This document shows, in pieces, positions 1 through 9,108 of a DNA stretch of 64,000 nucleotides (within the stretch, counting starts at the first letter, position 1; each line of letters starts with the position of its first letter). Both the position numbers and the translations under genes were made by a program. The notes below the pieces were generated by a model. It did no database searches. It had not been told where the DNA came from and saw only the letters and a list, made by a program, of their open reading frames with translations. Source of the DNA: a virus; IMG/VR virus record IMGVR_UViG_3300047301_000191; one strand, 5' to 3'.

Positions 1-8
1 CCATTTTC

Positions 9-1406
9 ATGGCAGCAGGATCCGCATCTGCGCAGAGTGCGGAGTCTCCTCGACTTTTATATGATGAGACTGTAGAGTCTCAATGGGTTGGTAATGACCC
101 TGCATTCGTACTTAGTGCACCGCCTGTTCCATCTGGCTCCTCTACGGCGATGCTGGCGCAGAATTGCGATCAGGGCCGAAAGGCAGCGGGTCTAGCTGTG
201 CGATCATCTGGTCCAAATTCGTCAGTAGGGCTTAGTATTGATGCTTTTAGTTTGGCGAGTGCTGTCCCAACAGGCGGAAAGATTGTTACGTTTCGATTCA
301 GAATTTGTGCGGCAGTTGTAGGAGTGACTACATCAGATTCTGTAACCTCAAATCAACTACGGCCCTTTGTCAAAGACCTTGAAACAGGCGAGACATGGAG
401 CGCAATCGGCCCGGATTACGGCTTCAATAAGCCACGGACCATTGATACCTTTACTTCTACCGCCGTTCTTCGTCGAGTATCCAACGGCGTCGTCGGTAGT
501 ACAATTACCGTTTTAGATATTCCTGTCTCCACCTCGGCACGAAATACAGATGGCACTGTTAAAAAGTTTGAAGTGGGACTGATTGACATAAATTCCTTTA
601 ATCCAGTTCGCACGGAAGTGTATCGAATGGATGTATCCGTTGTCGTTACTGATCCAACTTCTATTTATTTCGGCACATCTAAACCAAATTTTAGAGTTAC
701 GATGCCGACAGAAGTGACTGTACCAGCACAATCCTCCGTTTGGATTCCAGTTACAACCGAAATGATTTCAGGTACTGGCATTGGTCGCGTTACCGTATTT
801 GGAGGAACAGGATTAGCTGACCTGGGCTCAGACGACACATTTTCGGGTCGCCCGGTTGTGGGCCTAGACTCCAATGTGATAAAAGATACGTTTTCTCCAG
901 GGCAAAGTTTCGCAATTAGAATCGACAAAATAAGCATTGCCCCAGCAAGGAATACTAAGCTCTTGGTGGTGTTTGAGACAACACGCACGAGCGGCTCTTA
1001 TAGGGAGGCTACATATCGCGTAATAGATGTCGTAGGCCTTGCTGCCCCCGGCAGCGGTGGTGGTGGCTGCACTCCGAATCTAACCCTTCCCCCTCCAAAT
1101 CCAGCTTTTCTTTCTGTTGAGCGAGTTCAGAACAACGGAACAAAATTGACATTCGATCACGTTTGTTCTGCGACAAGCTATTCGATTACGGGGACAACAT
1201 CGGCGGGAGTGCAGTTCACTGAAACTCTTATGAACACCACCAGCACCGCCAATCTGACATTTTTCGACAATCGGGCTTACGCTCAGACCAATCGCAATCC
1301 ACAGGTTGTCATTACATATCGGGTAGTTGCGCGAAATGGTTCAGGCAGTTCTATCGGCATTTCTGAGACTTGCAACGGCACCCCCATCCAAGGTGGCCCT
1401 TGCTGA
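9..1406 (+). CDS. Virion structural-like protein; Thr/Ser/Val-rich beta-type composition with a C-terminal Ig/FN3-like segment; may be 5'-partial (frame open to window edge)
   Basis: 465-aa ORF; tail-fibre/decoration-like composition; strong terminator immediately downstream. Confidence 0.55.
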   Translation: MAAGSASAQSAESPRLLYDETVESQWVGNDPAFVLSAPPVPSGSSTAMLAQNCDQGRKAAGLAVRSSGPNSSVGLSIDAFSLASAVPTGGKIVTFRFRICAAVVGVTTSDSVTSNQLRPFVKDLETGETWSAIGPDYGFNKPRTIDTFTSTAVLRRVSNGVVGSTITVLDIPVSTSARNTDGTVKKFEVGLIDINSFNPVRTEVYRMDVSVVVTDPTSIYFGTSKPNFRVTMPTEVTVPAQSSVWIPVTTEMISGTGIGRVTVFGGTGLADLGSDDTFSGRPVVGLDSNVIKDTFSPGQSFAIRIDKISIAPARNTKLLVVFETTRTSGSYREATYRVIDVVGLAAPGSGGGGCTPNLTLPPPNPAFLSVERVQNNGTKLTFDHVCSATSYSITGTTSAGVQFTETLMNTTSTANLTFFDNRAYAQTNRNPQVVITYRVVARNGSGSSIGISETCNGTPIQGGPC

Positions 1407-1441
1407 ATCTGGCCGGGTTGAATAAAACTTAACCAATGCAC

Positions 1442-1465
1442 AGCCGGGCTAGTCCCGGCTTTTTG
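1442..1465 (+). terminator. Rho-independent terminator (agccggg-ctagt-cccggct + TTTT)
   Basis: 7-bp GC stem, 5-nt loop, T-run, 36 nt after the stop at 1406. Confidence 0.65.
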
Positions 1466-1509
1466 CATTAAAGCGTGCTACGAACAAACAACCGCACCAA
1501 AGGAAAAAT

Positions 1510-1737
1510 ATGTCTAAGTCTAGCTATCGCAATATTGAAGTTGATGGTCGCAGTTATCGCTGGAAGGTTGGCAAATCTTTTGTGAAGATTTCTGGACTGC
1601 CCGCTGTACCACACAATAAAGAGCAGCCATTCCCTAGAACGATCTTTCAGCTAGATTCAGATCTCGAACTAATTACCTTTGCAAAGGGAACGCCTGGTCA
1701 CATCGCAGCCTACATCAAGACAAAGGTAGAGAAGTGA
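1510..1737 (+). CDS. Hypothetical protein
   Basis: ORF with AGGAAA RBS 6 nt upstream of the ATG. Confidence 0.5.
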   Translation: MSKSSYRNIEVDGRSYRWKVGKSFVKISGLPAVPHNKEQPFPRTIFQLDSDLELITFAKGTPGHIAAYIKTKVEK

Positions 1738-2066
1738 AGCTCGAAGACTTAAATAGAGTGGTAATATTCAGGTCGACTTCAGGAGCAGGTGCCAGTCTAA
1801 TTCTTGACGCTATGCTTTCTTTCAAAGCACAGGGACACTCTGGGTTGGAGGCGGAACTGCGCAACCACAGGCTGCTGGCCCGTCCAGACACTATCTACCT
1901 CGGAAGCCTATGGGAAACTGAAGATGAAAAATTGCTCCGGGCATACTTCAATTTAAACTTTGACAAAATAAACCAGATAGCCCAAAGACGAATGGGACTC
2001 ATGGGAATGGCTGGCTTTAGTTTAAACCTGCCAACCTTGGCGGAGCTGATAAGCTCTAAATCCTAA
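1734..2066 (+). CDS. Hypothetical protein (N-term MKLEDL)
   Basis: GTG start overlapping the upstream stop (GTGA); + strand operon context. Confidence 0.45.
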   Translation: MKLEDLNRVVIFRSTSGAGASLILDAMLSFKAQGHSGLEAELRNHRLLARPDTIYLGSLWETEDEKLLRAYFNLNFDKINQIAQRRMGLMGMAGFSLNLPTLAELISSKS

Positions 2067-2114
2067 ATGTAATCCAAAGTCTCTGGAAGATTTAACTAAC
2101 AAAAGGAAAACATT

Positions 2115-2669
2115 GTGAAGTTGGACTACGTCTCCTATCATAATGCCAAAGGCAATATTGATTTGCGAAAGCTATCTAATTCAGACATGAAGTTACTTGC
2201 AGATAGTAAAGAGAGCTTTAAATTTGAGTTTGAAGTTGGAACTGTTAAAGTATGGCAAAGATTTACGTATAGCTCAATCATTAGATATGGGGCAATGGCA
2301 GACGTGCTCTCAATAGTGACTTTGCTATCTCTTTTCGCTGGCTTGGCTGCCGTTGCTTTTGCTGCTGGCGGGACTATACTTATGCTGGCATCAGTCGTCG
2401 CGACATACCTTTTTATGATTCAAACATCAAGACATTATCCACAGGACACATGTTGCTCGGCACACAGTCTTAGCTTTCTCGTTGCTGAGAAAGCAAATGG
2501 TATAATAAGTATACTGGGTGCAGATCACGTACTCATCCAAACGGAATTTGGTTCTCGTGTTCGACCAGGAGAAAAGATTGAGTTTGTAAGCACGATCAGG
2601 ACGAATGGCTCAGGTATATTTATATTAGGTTTCCCATCCAAAAATCTAATCTCAAGAACAAAGGCATAG
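2115..2669 (+). CDS. Membrane protein (two predicted TM helices)
   Basis: GTG start after AAAGGAAAA RBS; hydrophobic stretch ADVLSIVTLLSLFAGLAAVAFAAGGTILMLASVVATYLF. Confidence 0.5.
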   Translation: MKLDYVSYHNAKGNIDLRKLSNSDMKLLADSKESFKFEFEVGTVKVWQRFTYSSIIRYGAMADVLSIVTLLSLFAGLAAVAFAAGGTILMLASVVATYLFMIQTSRHYPQDTCCSAHSLSFLVAEKANGIISILGADHVLIQTEFGSRVRPGEKIEFVSTIRTNGSGIFILGFPSKNLISRTKA

Positions 2670-2676
2670 TCAATTT

Positions 2677-2991
2677 ATGAAAAAGAAATTCATTCAGCGC
2701 GGAAGCATTCCAATATCATATCTGCATACGCAGTTGTCTCTTGGTGCACTCAAGGAATTGATCGTAAAGAAATCAAAAGGAAAGATCTCCCCTGAAGAAG
2801 ACGTACAGATCCAGATGAAAATCTGGAGTCACGTCCAGGCGCCCAGCCCAGAATACGAGCTTGTTTACTTTTCAATTGAGACAGACGCAGAGTTTGAAGA
2901 GCGAAAGTCAAATCTCAGTCCGCCTCGGTATCATGCAAGTACAGACGCGGCGCTAGCTACATCGATGATTGAAGCGGCAAACAAACACTAA
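2677..2991 (+). CDS. Hypothetical protein
   Basis: ORF, + strand, tight spacing. Confidence 0.45.
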   Translation: MKKKFIQRGSIPISYLHTQLSLGALKELIVKKSKGKISPEEDVQIQMKIWSHVQAPSPEYELVYFSIETDAEFEERKSNLSPPRYHASTDAALATSMIEAANKH

Positions 2992-3013
2992 TGTCGATCC
3001 AGAAAGACAGATT

Positions 3014-3547
3014 ATGAATCAAAGGAAACTCGCCCCTCTTGGCGATCTTGCAGAGGGATCCGATGGTGATCGGTTGTTCAGCGCACTAGCAAAGTGCGTA
3101 GATAGTTTTGCAAGAGAGCACGGGAAGAATCGAACGTCAGGTGGGTTTAGTGGTCCGCTTGCCCTTCGCATCATGGCGTCGCTACAAAAATATGTTGACG
3201 GGCAACCTCTTGAAGAAGTGTTTGATCGTCTACTCTCTGCAGAACAAAAAGAAAAGATTGCGAATCCCAATCTAAAAGAAATCGAAGACGACCGCATAGA
3301 AAACTTTGACGAAGACTCAGAGATAACAGATCATCCAGATTTTGAAAGCTTTAACCGCTCTCGATTAGAATTCCTTAAGCGAGCACATGATGCAGAGGAT
3401 AAGGTCAAAGAGCTAGAGTCTCAACTCAAATGCGCTAAAGAAACGGCAGATATGCTTGCTCCCATGAGAGACGAGGATTACTACAGCCAAGTAGTCGAAG
3501 AGCAATTGGACAGATACTATGAAATTGTTACAAAGCAAAGCAAGTAA
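3014..3547 (+). CDS. Hypothetical acidic coiled-coil protein
   Basis: ORF-track 2969 is a TTG; first ATG at 3014; charged helical composition. Confidence 0.45.
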   Translation: MNQRKLAPLGDLAEGSDGDRLFSALAKCVDSFAREHGKNRTSGGFSGPLALRIMASLQKYVDGQPLEEVFDRLLSAEQKEKIANPNLKEIEDDRIENFDEDSEITDHPDFESFNRSRLEFLKRAHDAEDKVKELESQLKCAKETADMLAPMRDEDYYSQVVEEQLDRYYEIVTKQSK

Positions 3548-3758
3548 GCAGGAGTATAGTTTCATTAGTTCTGCCCAAGTTCCGTGGGCTGATCCTACTT
3601 CTTTAGTCTTCTTCATTGAAGAGTGCATCTATGGAACGACTGAGCTGACAGAAGTCAAGTGGAAATATTGTTCCACCTACGGCCGTGTTCCTGCAAATCC
3701 CTGTGACACCTGCGGCTGCCCCGAAGAGATTTGCAACAACAGCCCACCAGGACATTAA
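3519..3758 (+). CDS. Small Cys-rich protein
   Basis: ORF overlaps upstream gene by 29 nt; C-terminal CxxCxCPxxxC cluster. Confidence 0.3.
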   Translation: MKLLQSKASKQEYSFISSAQVPWADPTSLVFFIEECIYGTTELTEVKWKYCSTYGRVPANPCDTCGCPEEICNNSPPGH

Positions 3759-3958
3759 TGACGAGTAACAATAAGAATAACGATCTCTCAGAAAAAGAAG
3801 TAATCATGGAAGCAAACTTACGTGGGCTTGCCGAATTTTCAGCTTTGCCACTGGCTGAGCGAATCGAAAGGCTAAAGCAAATTGGTATCCTTAATGAGCA
3901 GGGAGAGTTGGCCGAAGAGTATGGCGGCGCCCAGCAGGACGTCGGCCTAGAGGATTGA
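3758..3958 (+). CDS. Hypothetical small protein
   Basis: ATG in TAATG overlap with the upstream stop. Confidence 0.4.
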   Translation: MTSNNKNNDLSEKEVIMEANLRGLAEFSALPLAERIERLKQIGILNEQGELAEEYGGAQQDVGLED

Positions 3959-3962
3959 TTTT

Positions 3963-4787
3963 ATGAAAGAACCTGGCATAGCCTCTCCATCTTGGAGAAT
4001 CACTGGCAGCACAGCAGCCTATCATTGGTTCTCAGATTTCAGAATTCCAAAAGATATTGACCTTTTCACTCCTGCAAAAATAACTAGCAGCCAAACTTCT
4101 AGCTGTATGATTGATTCAACGTGGCATGAGGCTGCAGAATTAATTATCTCAAAGAATTTGGATCCAGTTTTTGTCGACCCGAATACATTGTATACCATCA
4201 AAGTCTCCCACGCCAATTGGGATATCAAATGGGAAAAGACAATGTCAGATATCGAGTTCTTCAAAAGCAAAGGCTGCCAAATTGATGAAGAGATATATGG
4301 CGCATTACTTCCTGTTTGGAAGCGAGTGCATGGAAGCAAGCACGTCAACCTCAATCAGCCAGTTGAAACATTCTTCAACGACTATGTCCAAAGAGAATTT
4401 GATCATGAGTGGTTGCATGAACAAGTGGCGGCACCCAACCGACCAATGCATGAAAAGATTAGACCCGACCTTAGTAGTGTTTGGTGTAGTCGTCAGATGT
4501 TTGAATCGCTAGCCTTTGAAGATCAGTACCTGACGGCGCTAGAAGAAATGATCGTGACTGCAATCGAGCGGTCAAAACTTAATGCAAGTTCAACCAGCGT
4601 AGACAAAAGCAAGGCGATGCATCGTGCTCATCGATTGCTATGCACATCTATGACGACAGGTTGGTTTGCAAGATTCCTAATAACAAATCAAAAAGAACTG
4701 TTAGCAACAAGAAAGAAACTATGGACTACGAAGATGGATTCAACCCTTTCAAAATTAATGACGAAGGATATCTCAAAGGATGGATAG
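3963..4787 (+). CDS. Hypothetical protein
   Basis: 274-aa ORF; no recognisable motif. Confidence 0.5.
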   Translation: MKEPGIASPSWRITGSTAAYHWFSDFRIPKDIDLFTPAKITSSQTSSCMIDSTWHEAAELIISKNLDPVFVDPNTLYTIKVSHANWDIKWEKTMSDIEFFKSKGCQIDEEIYGALLPVWKRVHGSKHVNLNQPVETFFNDYVQREFDHEWLHEQVAAPNRPMHEKIRPDLSSVWCSRQMFESLAFEDQYLTALEEMIVTAIERSKLNASSTSVDKSKAMHRAHRLLCTSMTTGWFARFLITNQKELLATRKKLWTTKMDSTLSKLMTKDISKDG

Positions 4788-5125
4788 AGTGGATCCTTAA
4801 AGATGACAGCATCAGTACCTTCTTAGACGAAGGTGAGTGCCTTGACGAAAGCACTCTCAATGTGGACCCGCTAGGTTTCGCTTTGCACCTGGTGGATTCA
4901 AAGGGCGGGCGGCAAGGCGGCGGCGAAGACGTATGGTATGTCTATGCAATTTGCCAAGGTCCGCCAGAAGAAGAGCAGCATTACAATTGCTCGGTGATTA
5001 AGAATGCATTTGTTTATATCCGGTTCAATGGATTCTACAGCTCCTATAATGGCACGGAATGGGATGATGACTTTGTCGTTGTGAAGCCGAAAGTTGTAGA
5101 GTCGGTTGTTTTTGTAAGTGTGTAG
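4721..5125 (+). CDS. Hypothetical protein
   Basis: Internal ATG of ORF 4640..5125 chosen (MDYEDGF...); overlaps upstream ORF by 66 nt. Confidence 0.4.
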   Translation: MDYEDGFNPFKINDEGYLKGWIEWILKDDSISTFLDEGECLDESTLNVDPLGFALHLVDSKGGRQGGGEDVWYVYAICQGPPEEEQHYNCSVIKNAFVYIRFNGFYSSYNGTEWDDDFVVVKPKVVESVVFVSV

Positions 5126-5141
5126 TAAGGCAAGAGCAAAA

Positions 5142-5168
5142 AAGCAAAACCACCGCGACCGGATCCAA
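5142..5168 (+). promoter_or_regulatory. Recurrent intergenic motif copy 1 (aaGCAAAACC-N10-GATCCA), degenerate
   Basis: AAAACC and GATCC half-sites with exact 10-nt GC-rich spacer, 31 nt upstream of ATG 5199. Confidence 0.35.
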
Positions 5169-5198
5169 CCGGCGCCGACAGCGCAGAGGGAATCGATT

Positions 5199-5504
5199 AT
5201 GAAATGGCACATTGTCAATAAAGACTCTGATGAAAATCGAGAGCTTAATCTAAGGGTCAATGGCAGAAATGTTGCCACAGTGTGGCGCACTGGCACTTGG
5301 CATACATGGGACCACGATGGCTGCGGAGGAGAAAACTCTCGCGAAACTTTTGACCAGTTCATTGAGTGGCCATTTGGTTCAGGAGTTCAAGAGAAGATTA
5401 GAGACAGTGATCCTGATGTGCCAAAGGCAATGGCTGAAGCTGAGGCATCAGTAATCAGGCAAGGCTTTGATCGGCCGCGAGTAAAGATTAAGAAAGAAAA
5501 ATAG
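5199..5504 (+). CDS. Hypothetical protein
   Basis: ATG downstream of motif copy 1, in frame within ORF 5118..5504. Confidence 0.45.
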   Translation: MKWHIVNKDSDENRELNLRVNGRNVATVWRTGTWHTWDHDGCGGENSRETFDQFIEWPFGSGVQEKIRDSDPDVPKAMAEAEASVIRQGFDRPRVKIKKEK

Positions 5505-5518
5505 TTGTAAGATATTTT

Positions 5519-5594
5519 GCGGGAGTAGCTCAGTTGATAGAGCGCTTTCTTTCCACGTAAGAGGTCGCGGGTTTGAATCCCGTCTTCCGCTCCA
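5519..5594 (+). tRNA. tRNA-Gly (anticodon UCC)
   Basis: 76-nt cloverleaf: acceptor GCGGGAG/CTTCCGC, D-arm GCTC-AGTTGATA-GAGC, anticodon loop TTTCCAC, T-arm GCGGG-TTTGAAT-CCCGT, encoded CCA. Confidence 0.75.
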
Positions 5595-5636
5595 CCTTAC
5601 AAAAAACAAAAAACAATTCTCTCCCAAGTGGGAAAC

Positions 5637-5855
5637 ATGGGAACGGTATTTATCGTCATCGGTTTTGTTGCTAGTGTTCCAATTGGAGTTGTTCTAGAAC
5701 ATCTATTCTTGAAAGCCAAGAACGGTTGCTCTGCAACCAACTTGGACGGAGACACCTGTCGAGGGTCGCGCAGCAAGGTATGTGTTGATAATCTTTGCGC
5801 AGAGCATTGCAAAACAATCCACGGTGGTAAATGCGTGGAAATTCTAAGGAGCTAA
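5637..5855 (+). CDS. Small membrane protein with Cys-rich C-terminus
   Basis: TM helix VFIVIGFVASVPIGVVL; six Cys in the last 40 aa; alternative GTG at 5628. Confidence 0.4.
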   Translation: MGTVFIVIGFVASVPIGVVLEHLFLKAKNGCSATNLDGDTCRGSRSKVCVDNLCAEHCKTIHGGKCVEILRS

Positions 5856-5857
5856 TT

Positions 5858-6682
5858 TTGAATAAGTTTTTGTCCGGTGTTCTTTTCGCTATGGTTGCCG
5901 CGGTGACATCCATGGCGACTGGCTGTGGTTATTCAATTGTCGACCCTGGCAATCGAGGTGTCGTAGTTGATTGGGGCAACGTAAAGGAGCCAGCACTTTC
6001 AGAAGGCTTTCACTTCTATTGCGTTTTTCCTGGATGCCATATGACTGAAGTATCTGTTCGACAGCAGCGGCAAGAGATTGAAGCCGCATGCTCAACCTCT
6101 GATATGCAAGAGGTGATCTTGAAGGTTGCGATTCTTTATCGCATCCCCGAAAGCTCTGTCACGAAGGTCTTTCGAGACTATCATGGTGAGCCATTTGAAA
6201 GCTTGATTCTTTCGCAAGCTCAAGAGTCAATCAAGGATGCCACCACCACTCGCTCGGCGGAACTTGTTGTCAAGCAACGTCTTGCTGTGAAGACCGAAGC
6301 TCTTGCGTCACTCCGCAAGAATGTTGGAGATATCATTGTCATTGAAGATCTGATTGTCACCGATGTTGTTCTTAGCAAGATGCTGACTGCGTCAATTGAA
6401 TCAAAGATGGTTCAGGAGCAAGAGGCCGAGAAGGCCAAGTTCACGAAGCAGAAAGCTGAAATTGATACGGAAATGGCGGTAGCTGTTGCACAGGGTGAGG
6501 CAACCGCGACCCTTGCCCGAGCAGGGGCAGAGGCAGAGAGTATCCGTATTCGTGGTAAGGCCCTTAGCGAAAACCCCAGCGTCATCCAGCTTCAGCTTGT
6601 TGAACGCTGGAATGGTGTCAGCCCTCAAGTTGTCACTGGCGGTGGTGGGTTGAATATTGTACTGCCTGCATTGAAGCAGTGA
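5858..6682 (+). CDS. SPFH/band-7 (prohibitin/HflC-like) lipoprotein
   Basis: TTG start 7 nt after AAGGAG; signal peptide + lipobox MATGC; SPFH core SIVDPGNRGVVVDWGNV; C-terminal coiled coil. Confidence 0.75.
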   Translation: MNKFLSGVLFAMVAAVTSMATGCGYSIVDPGNRGVVVDWGNVKEPALSEGFHFYCVFPGCHMTEVSVRQQRQEIEAACSTSDMQEVILKVAILYRIPESSVTKVFRDYHGEPFESLILSQAQESIKDATTTRSAELVVKQRLAVKTEALASLRKNVGDIIVIEDLIVTDVVLSKMLTASIESKMVQEQEAEKAKFTKQKAEIDTEMAVAVAQGEATATLARAGAEAESIRIRGKALSENPSVIQLQLVERWNGVSPQVVTGGGGLNIVLPALKQ

Positions 6683-6692
6683 CAGTTTAGCG

Positions 6693-6729
6693 AGCAGGCC
6701 GTTAGGAATACAATTCTTCGCGGCCTGCT
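6693..6729 (+). terminator. Stem-loop (agcaggccg / cggcctgct, 19-nt loop), possible terminator or RNA structure
   Basis: 9-bp perfect inverted repeat 11 nt after the SPFH stop; no T-run. Confidence 0.3.
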
Positions 6730-6758
6730 TCATTGAGAATGAATATTTTAATTCCAGT

Positions 6759-6842
6759 GCTGGAATCCCATAGTGGTCAATTGGACAATACTTGTAATAT
6801 TGCGCGCAAGCTTCGTGGGTTCGAATCCCACTTCCAGCTCCA
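6759..6842 (+). tRNA. tRNA-Thr (anticodon UGU), 84 nt with extended variable region
   Basis: Acceptor GCTGGAA/TTCCAGC; perfect anticodon stem CAATA/TATTG, loop CTTGTAA; T-arm GTGGG-TTCGAAT-CCCAC; encoded CCA. Confidence 0.6.
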
Positions 6843-6884
6843 TATTAAAAAATTTCTTCTTCTCAATTAACAACAAAGGCCAAC

Positions 6885-7178
6885 ATGATGGACCGCGGCT
6901 TCGTATTCGTTATTGTTTTGTTTGGGTTCCTTTTTGCTGGCGCGATGGTATTTGCTTCGCGAGCCGCTGATGATAGAAAGCATCTCGCCAAGCTTGCAGA
7001 ATTGGTCGAAGTAACTCGCACGCCAATCGACAAGCAGCTATCTGTCGAAAGAGCGGGAACATTTAAGTCGGGCTCTAGCCTCTGTGAAGTAGTTATGCTG
7101 GACAACGGGGACGTGGTCCGCACAATTTTGATCTGCAATACTTACAATGATGGGATCGCCGTTATCGATCTTCACTGA
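6885..7178 (+). CDS. Small membrane-anchored protein
   Basis: N-terminal TM helix FVFVIVLFGFLFAGAMVFA. Confidence 0.45.
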   Translation: MMDRGFVFVIVLFGFLFAGAMVFASRAADDRKHLAKLAELVEVTRTPIDKQLSVERAGTFKSGSSLCEVVMLDNGDVVRTILICNTYNDGIAVIDLH

Positions 7179-7196
7179 GCGGCACAGGAACAACCG

Positions 7197-7547
7197 ATGA
7201 TAGACATGTTTGGCAATGAAGTTCGGGCAGGAGATTGGATAAGATATCCGGCACCAGGCCCGTCTAATCGCGCGCATATAAGATATGCTAAGGTGCTGGA
7301 GGTGATAGAGTCAACCACACAAGGCGTCCGCATTAAGAAGTTAAAAGTGCGTGCAGCCCATGCCAAAGGATGGTATGAAGTACAGCGTCTCAAGCCACCA
7401 GAATGGGAACTATTGGAAAAAACATCCACCCTGCAAAATCTTGCCTACATGGAAAAAGTAGACGTTCTTCCTGAAAGAGTACAGGCTGCATTTGCAGATA
7501 TGATTTGCGATGAGTCAACTGACGTGAATGGAGAATCAGATGTCTAA
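7197..7547 (+). CDS. Hypothetical protein
   Basis: ORF, + strand. Confidence 0.45.
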   Translation: MIDMFGNEVRAGDWIRYPAPGPSNRAHIRYAKVLEVIESTTQGVRIKKLKVRAAHAKGWYEVQRLKPPEWELLEKTSTLQNLAYMEKVDVLPERVQAAFADMICDESTDVNGESDV

Positions 7548-7752
7548 GGAAAGCTATCCACTCGACGGTCCGCTCGAAGAAGATCCATCTGAGATTGAAG
7601 ACTACTCAGAGATTGAATACTTTGAAAAGAAGATCGCAAAGCTCAAGGCTCGATATGCAGATCGCCCGACCAACAAAGATCTCAACCAGATCCGGCATCT
7701 AGAAGAATCTCTTGCCCAAGTAAAAGAAAGTTTCAACGATGACCACCTTTGA
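7528..7752 (+). CDS. Hypothetical acidic protein
   Basis: ORF overlapping the upstream gene end by 20 nt. Confidence 0.4.
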   Translation: MENQMSKESYPLDGPLEEDPSEIEDYSEIEYFEKKIAKLKARYADRPTNKDLNQIRHLEESLAQVKESFNDDHL

Positions 7753-8080
7753 GGTAGAGTGGGCACTCCGTGTGCTATCAGAATTACCTGATGACTGGGA
7801 TAGTTGGGGCGCACCGCCACCAAGTAAAGAAGCAATTGCTTGTGCGAGCAGCTTTGTTTTGGATATGAAAAATAAGTTTGGCATTGAGCCAGACTTGATT
7901 GACCCAGATGCAATGGGCGGAGTCGCCGTTTACTTTACTGCAAACCAAAATCAGTATTGGGTTTGCGTGTCGAATTATCTGCGCATCGCTGCAGTCTCGC
8001 TTACTGAAGACAACGCAAAGGCAATGTCGATTGAGACTGCCGAGGATCTTGCAGTCCTTCTGAATAAAGATCTGATGTAA
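7739..8080 (+). CDS. Hypothetical protein
   Basis: ORF, + strand. Confidence 0.45.
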   Translation: MTTFEVEWALRVLSELPDDWDSWGAPPPSKEAIACASSFVLDMKNKFGIEPDLIDPDAMGGVAVYFTANQNQYWVCVSNYLRIAAVSLTEDNAKAMSIETAEDLAVLLNKDLM

Positions 8081-8095
8081 CGTTACCTTCTCGCT

Positions 8096-8806
8096 TCATT
8101 GAGCAATCGTGGCAATCTTCTGAAGCCTGCCATTAGACATGAAGCGAGCACTAATGCTGGCAGCCAAAGCCTCTCTGTGATTTGAAATGTCGGAATCCTT
8201 AGGCAGAGTAATTGCATTCGCATGAAGTTTACGATGACAGTTTGAGCATAGAATGATGCACTTTGTTACTTCTGCAAGCAATGCAGGCACTCCAATCTCA
8301 GCTGCCATTTTTGATATAGAGCCCTCCTTATCATCATCCGTATGATGGAAGTCGAGGCACGCCGAAAATGTCTCTTTACATAAAAAGCATCCAACATCAG
8401 ATTTTGCTAAATATATTTTTTCACGTAGTAGTTTTGCTCGTGCCCTGCTTTTGGCAAAATAATATTGCTTGTTGGCAAGGTAATGTTCTTTTGACCTATG
8501 GTTGCTGCACTCTCGACAGAAGACATGAAAACCTTTTCCTTTTTTGTTGAAAAGAGAAACATCTTTTGTCACTTCGCATTCTGCACATGTTCGCACATTT
8601 GTTTCATCTGACTTGCTCCGCTTTATCTTCAGACGGTCCATTTTGAAATGAGTAGTGTCAACCTTGAGTCGCATCCTATAGTTGTGAAATAAACGGTAGT
8701 AGCTTTTGTTGGCTGGTGAACCTAGTCCCAAGACGACATCTTTTATTGCTTCAGATTTTGCAACCATGTCGATATAACTCTTATCATCCCATTTCATAAG
8801 CTTCAT
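8096..8806 (-). CDS. HNH homing endonuclease with Zn-finger region (free-standing, opposite strand)
   Basis: CAECEV...CRECSNH Zn cluster and C-terminal HNH core CIILCSNCHRKLH; only - strand gene in this stretch. Confidence 0.7.
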   Translation of the reverse strand: MKLMKWDDKSYIDMVAKSEAIKDVVLGLGSPANKSYYRLFHNYRMRLKVDTTHFKMDRLKIKRSKSDETNVRTCAECEVTKDVSLFNKKGKGFHVFCRECSNHRSKEHYLANKQYYFAKSRARAKLLREKIYLAKSDVGCFLCKETFSACLDFHHTDDDKEGSISKMAAEIGVPALLAEVTKCIILCSNCHRKLHANAITLPKDSDISNHREALAASISARFMSNGRLQKIATIAQ

Positions 8807-8850
8807 AAGATCTCCTTGGATATATTTACCGCAACCAGAAAGAAGAAGCC

Positions 8851-9105
8851 ATGAATAAAGAACTAATTGAAATTGTTGCCCGTTATGTGAAGGCAGTGAC
8901 GATTGACCGAGCGTGCGATGCCAGCGACGTCAGTCCCACAAGGATGCTGGCAGACATTGCGGCATTAATGGTTGAGATTCAGCCAGACACTGCTGAAACT
9001 TTCAGAGAAGCAATCAAGGTCGGAATCAAACAATCTGCATACAATTTCAGAGAGAGTATAAAAGACTTCCAGCCATGCACTGAATTCAAAATTAAAGGTG
9101 TTTGA
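8851..9105 (+). CDS. Hypothetical protein
   Basis: ORF with AGAAG RBS. Confidence 0.45.
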   Translation: MNKELIEIVARYVKAVTIDRACDASDVSPTRMLADIAALMVEIQPDTAETFREAIKVGIKQSAYNFRESIKDFQPCTEFKIKGV

Positions 9106-9108
9106 GAT

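Noticed and set aside
3519-5125. Alternative longer starts for several ORFs from the six-frame track (e.g. 4640, 5118, 11162, 11888, 23964, 38258, 47182, 60008)
   Set aside because: The track extends to the most upstream in-frame start. Those extensions overlap the preceding gene by 60-200 nt and lack an RBS. Internal ATG/GTG codons sitting in ATGA/TAATG junctions with a purine-rich RBS were preferred.
5519-6842. Prophage boundary / integration at tRNA genes
   Set aside because: The tRNAs are internal to a co-directional gene array. No integrase, excisionase, attL/attR-type direct repeats or bacterial housekeeping flanks were seen. Gene content is phage-like on both sides.
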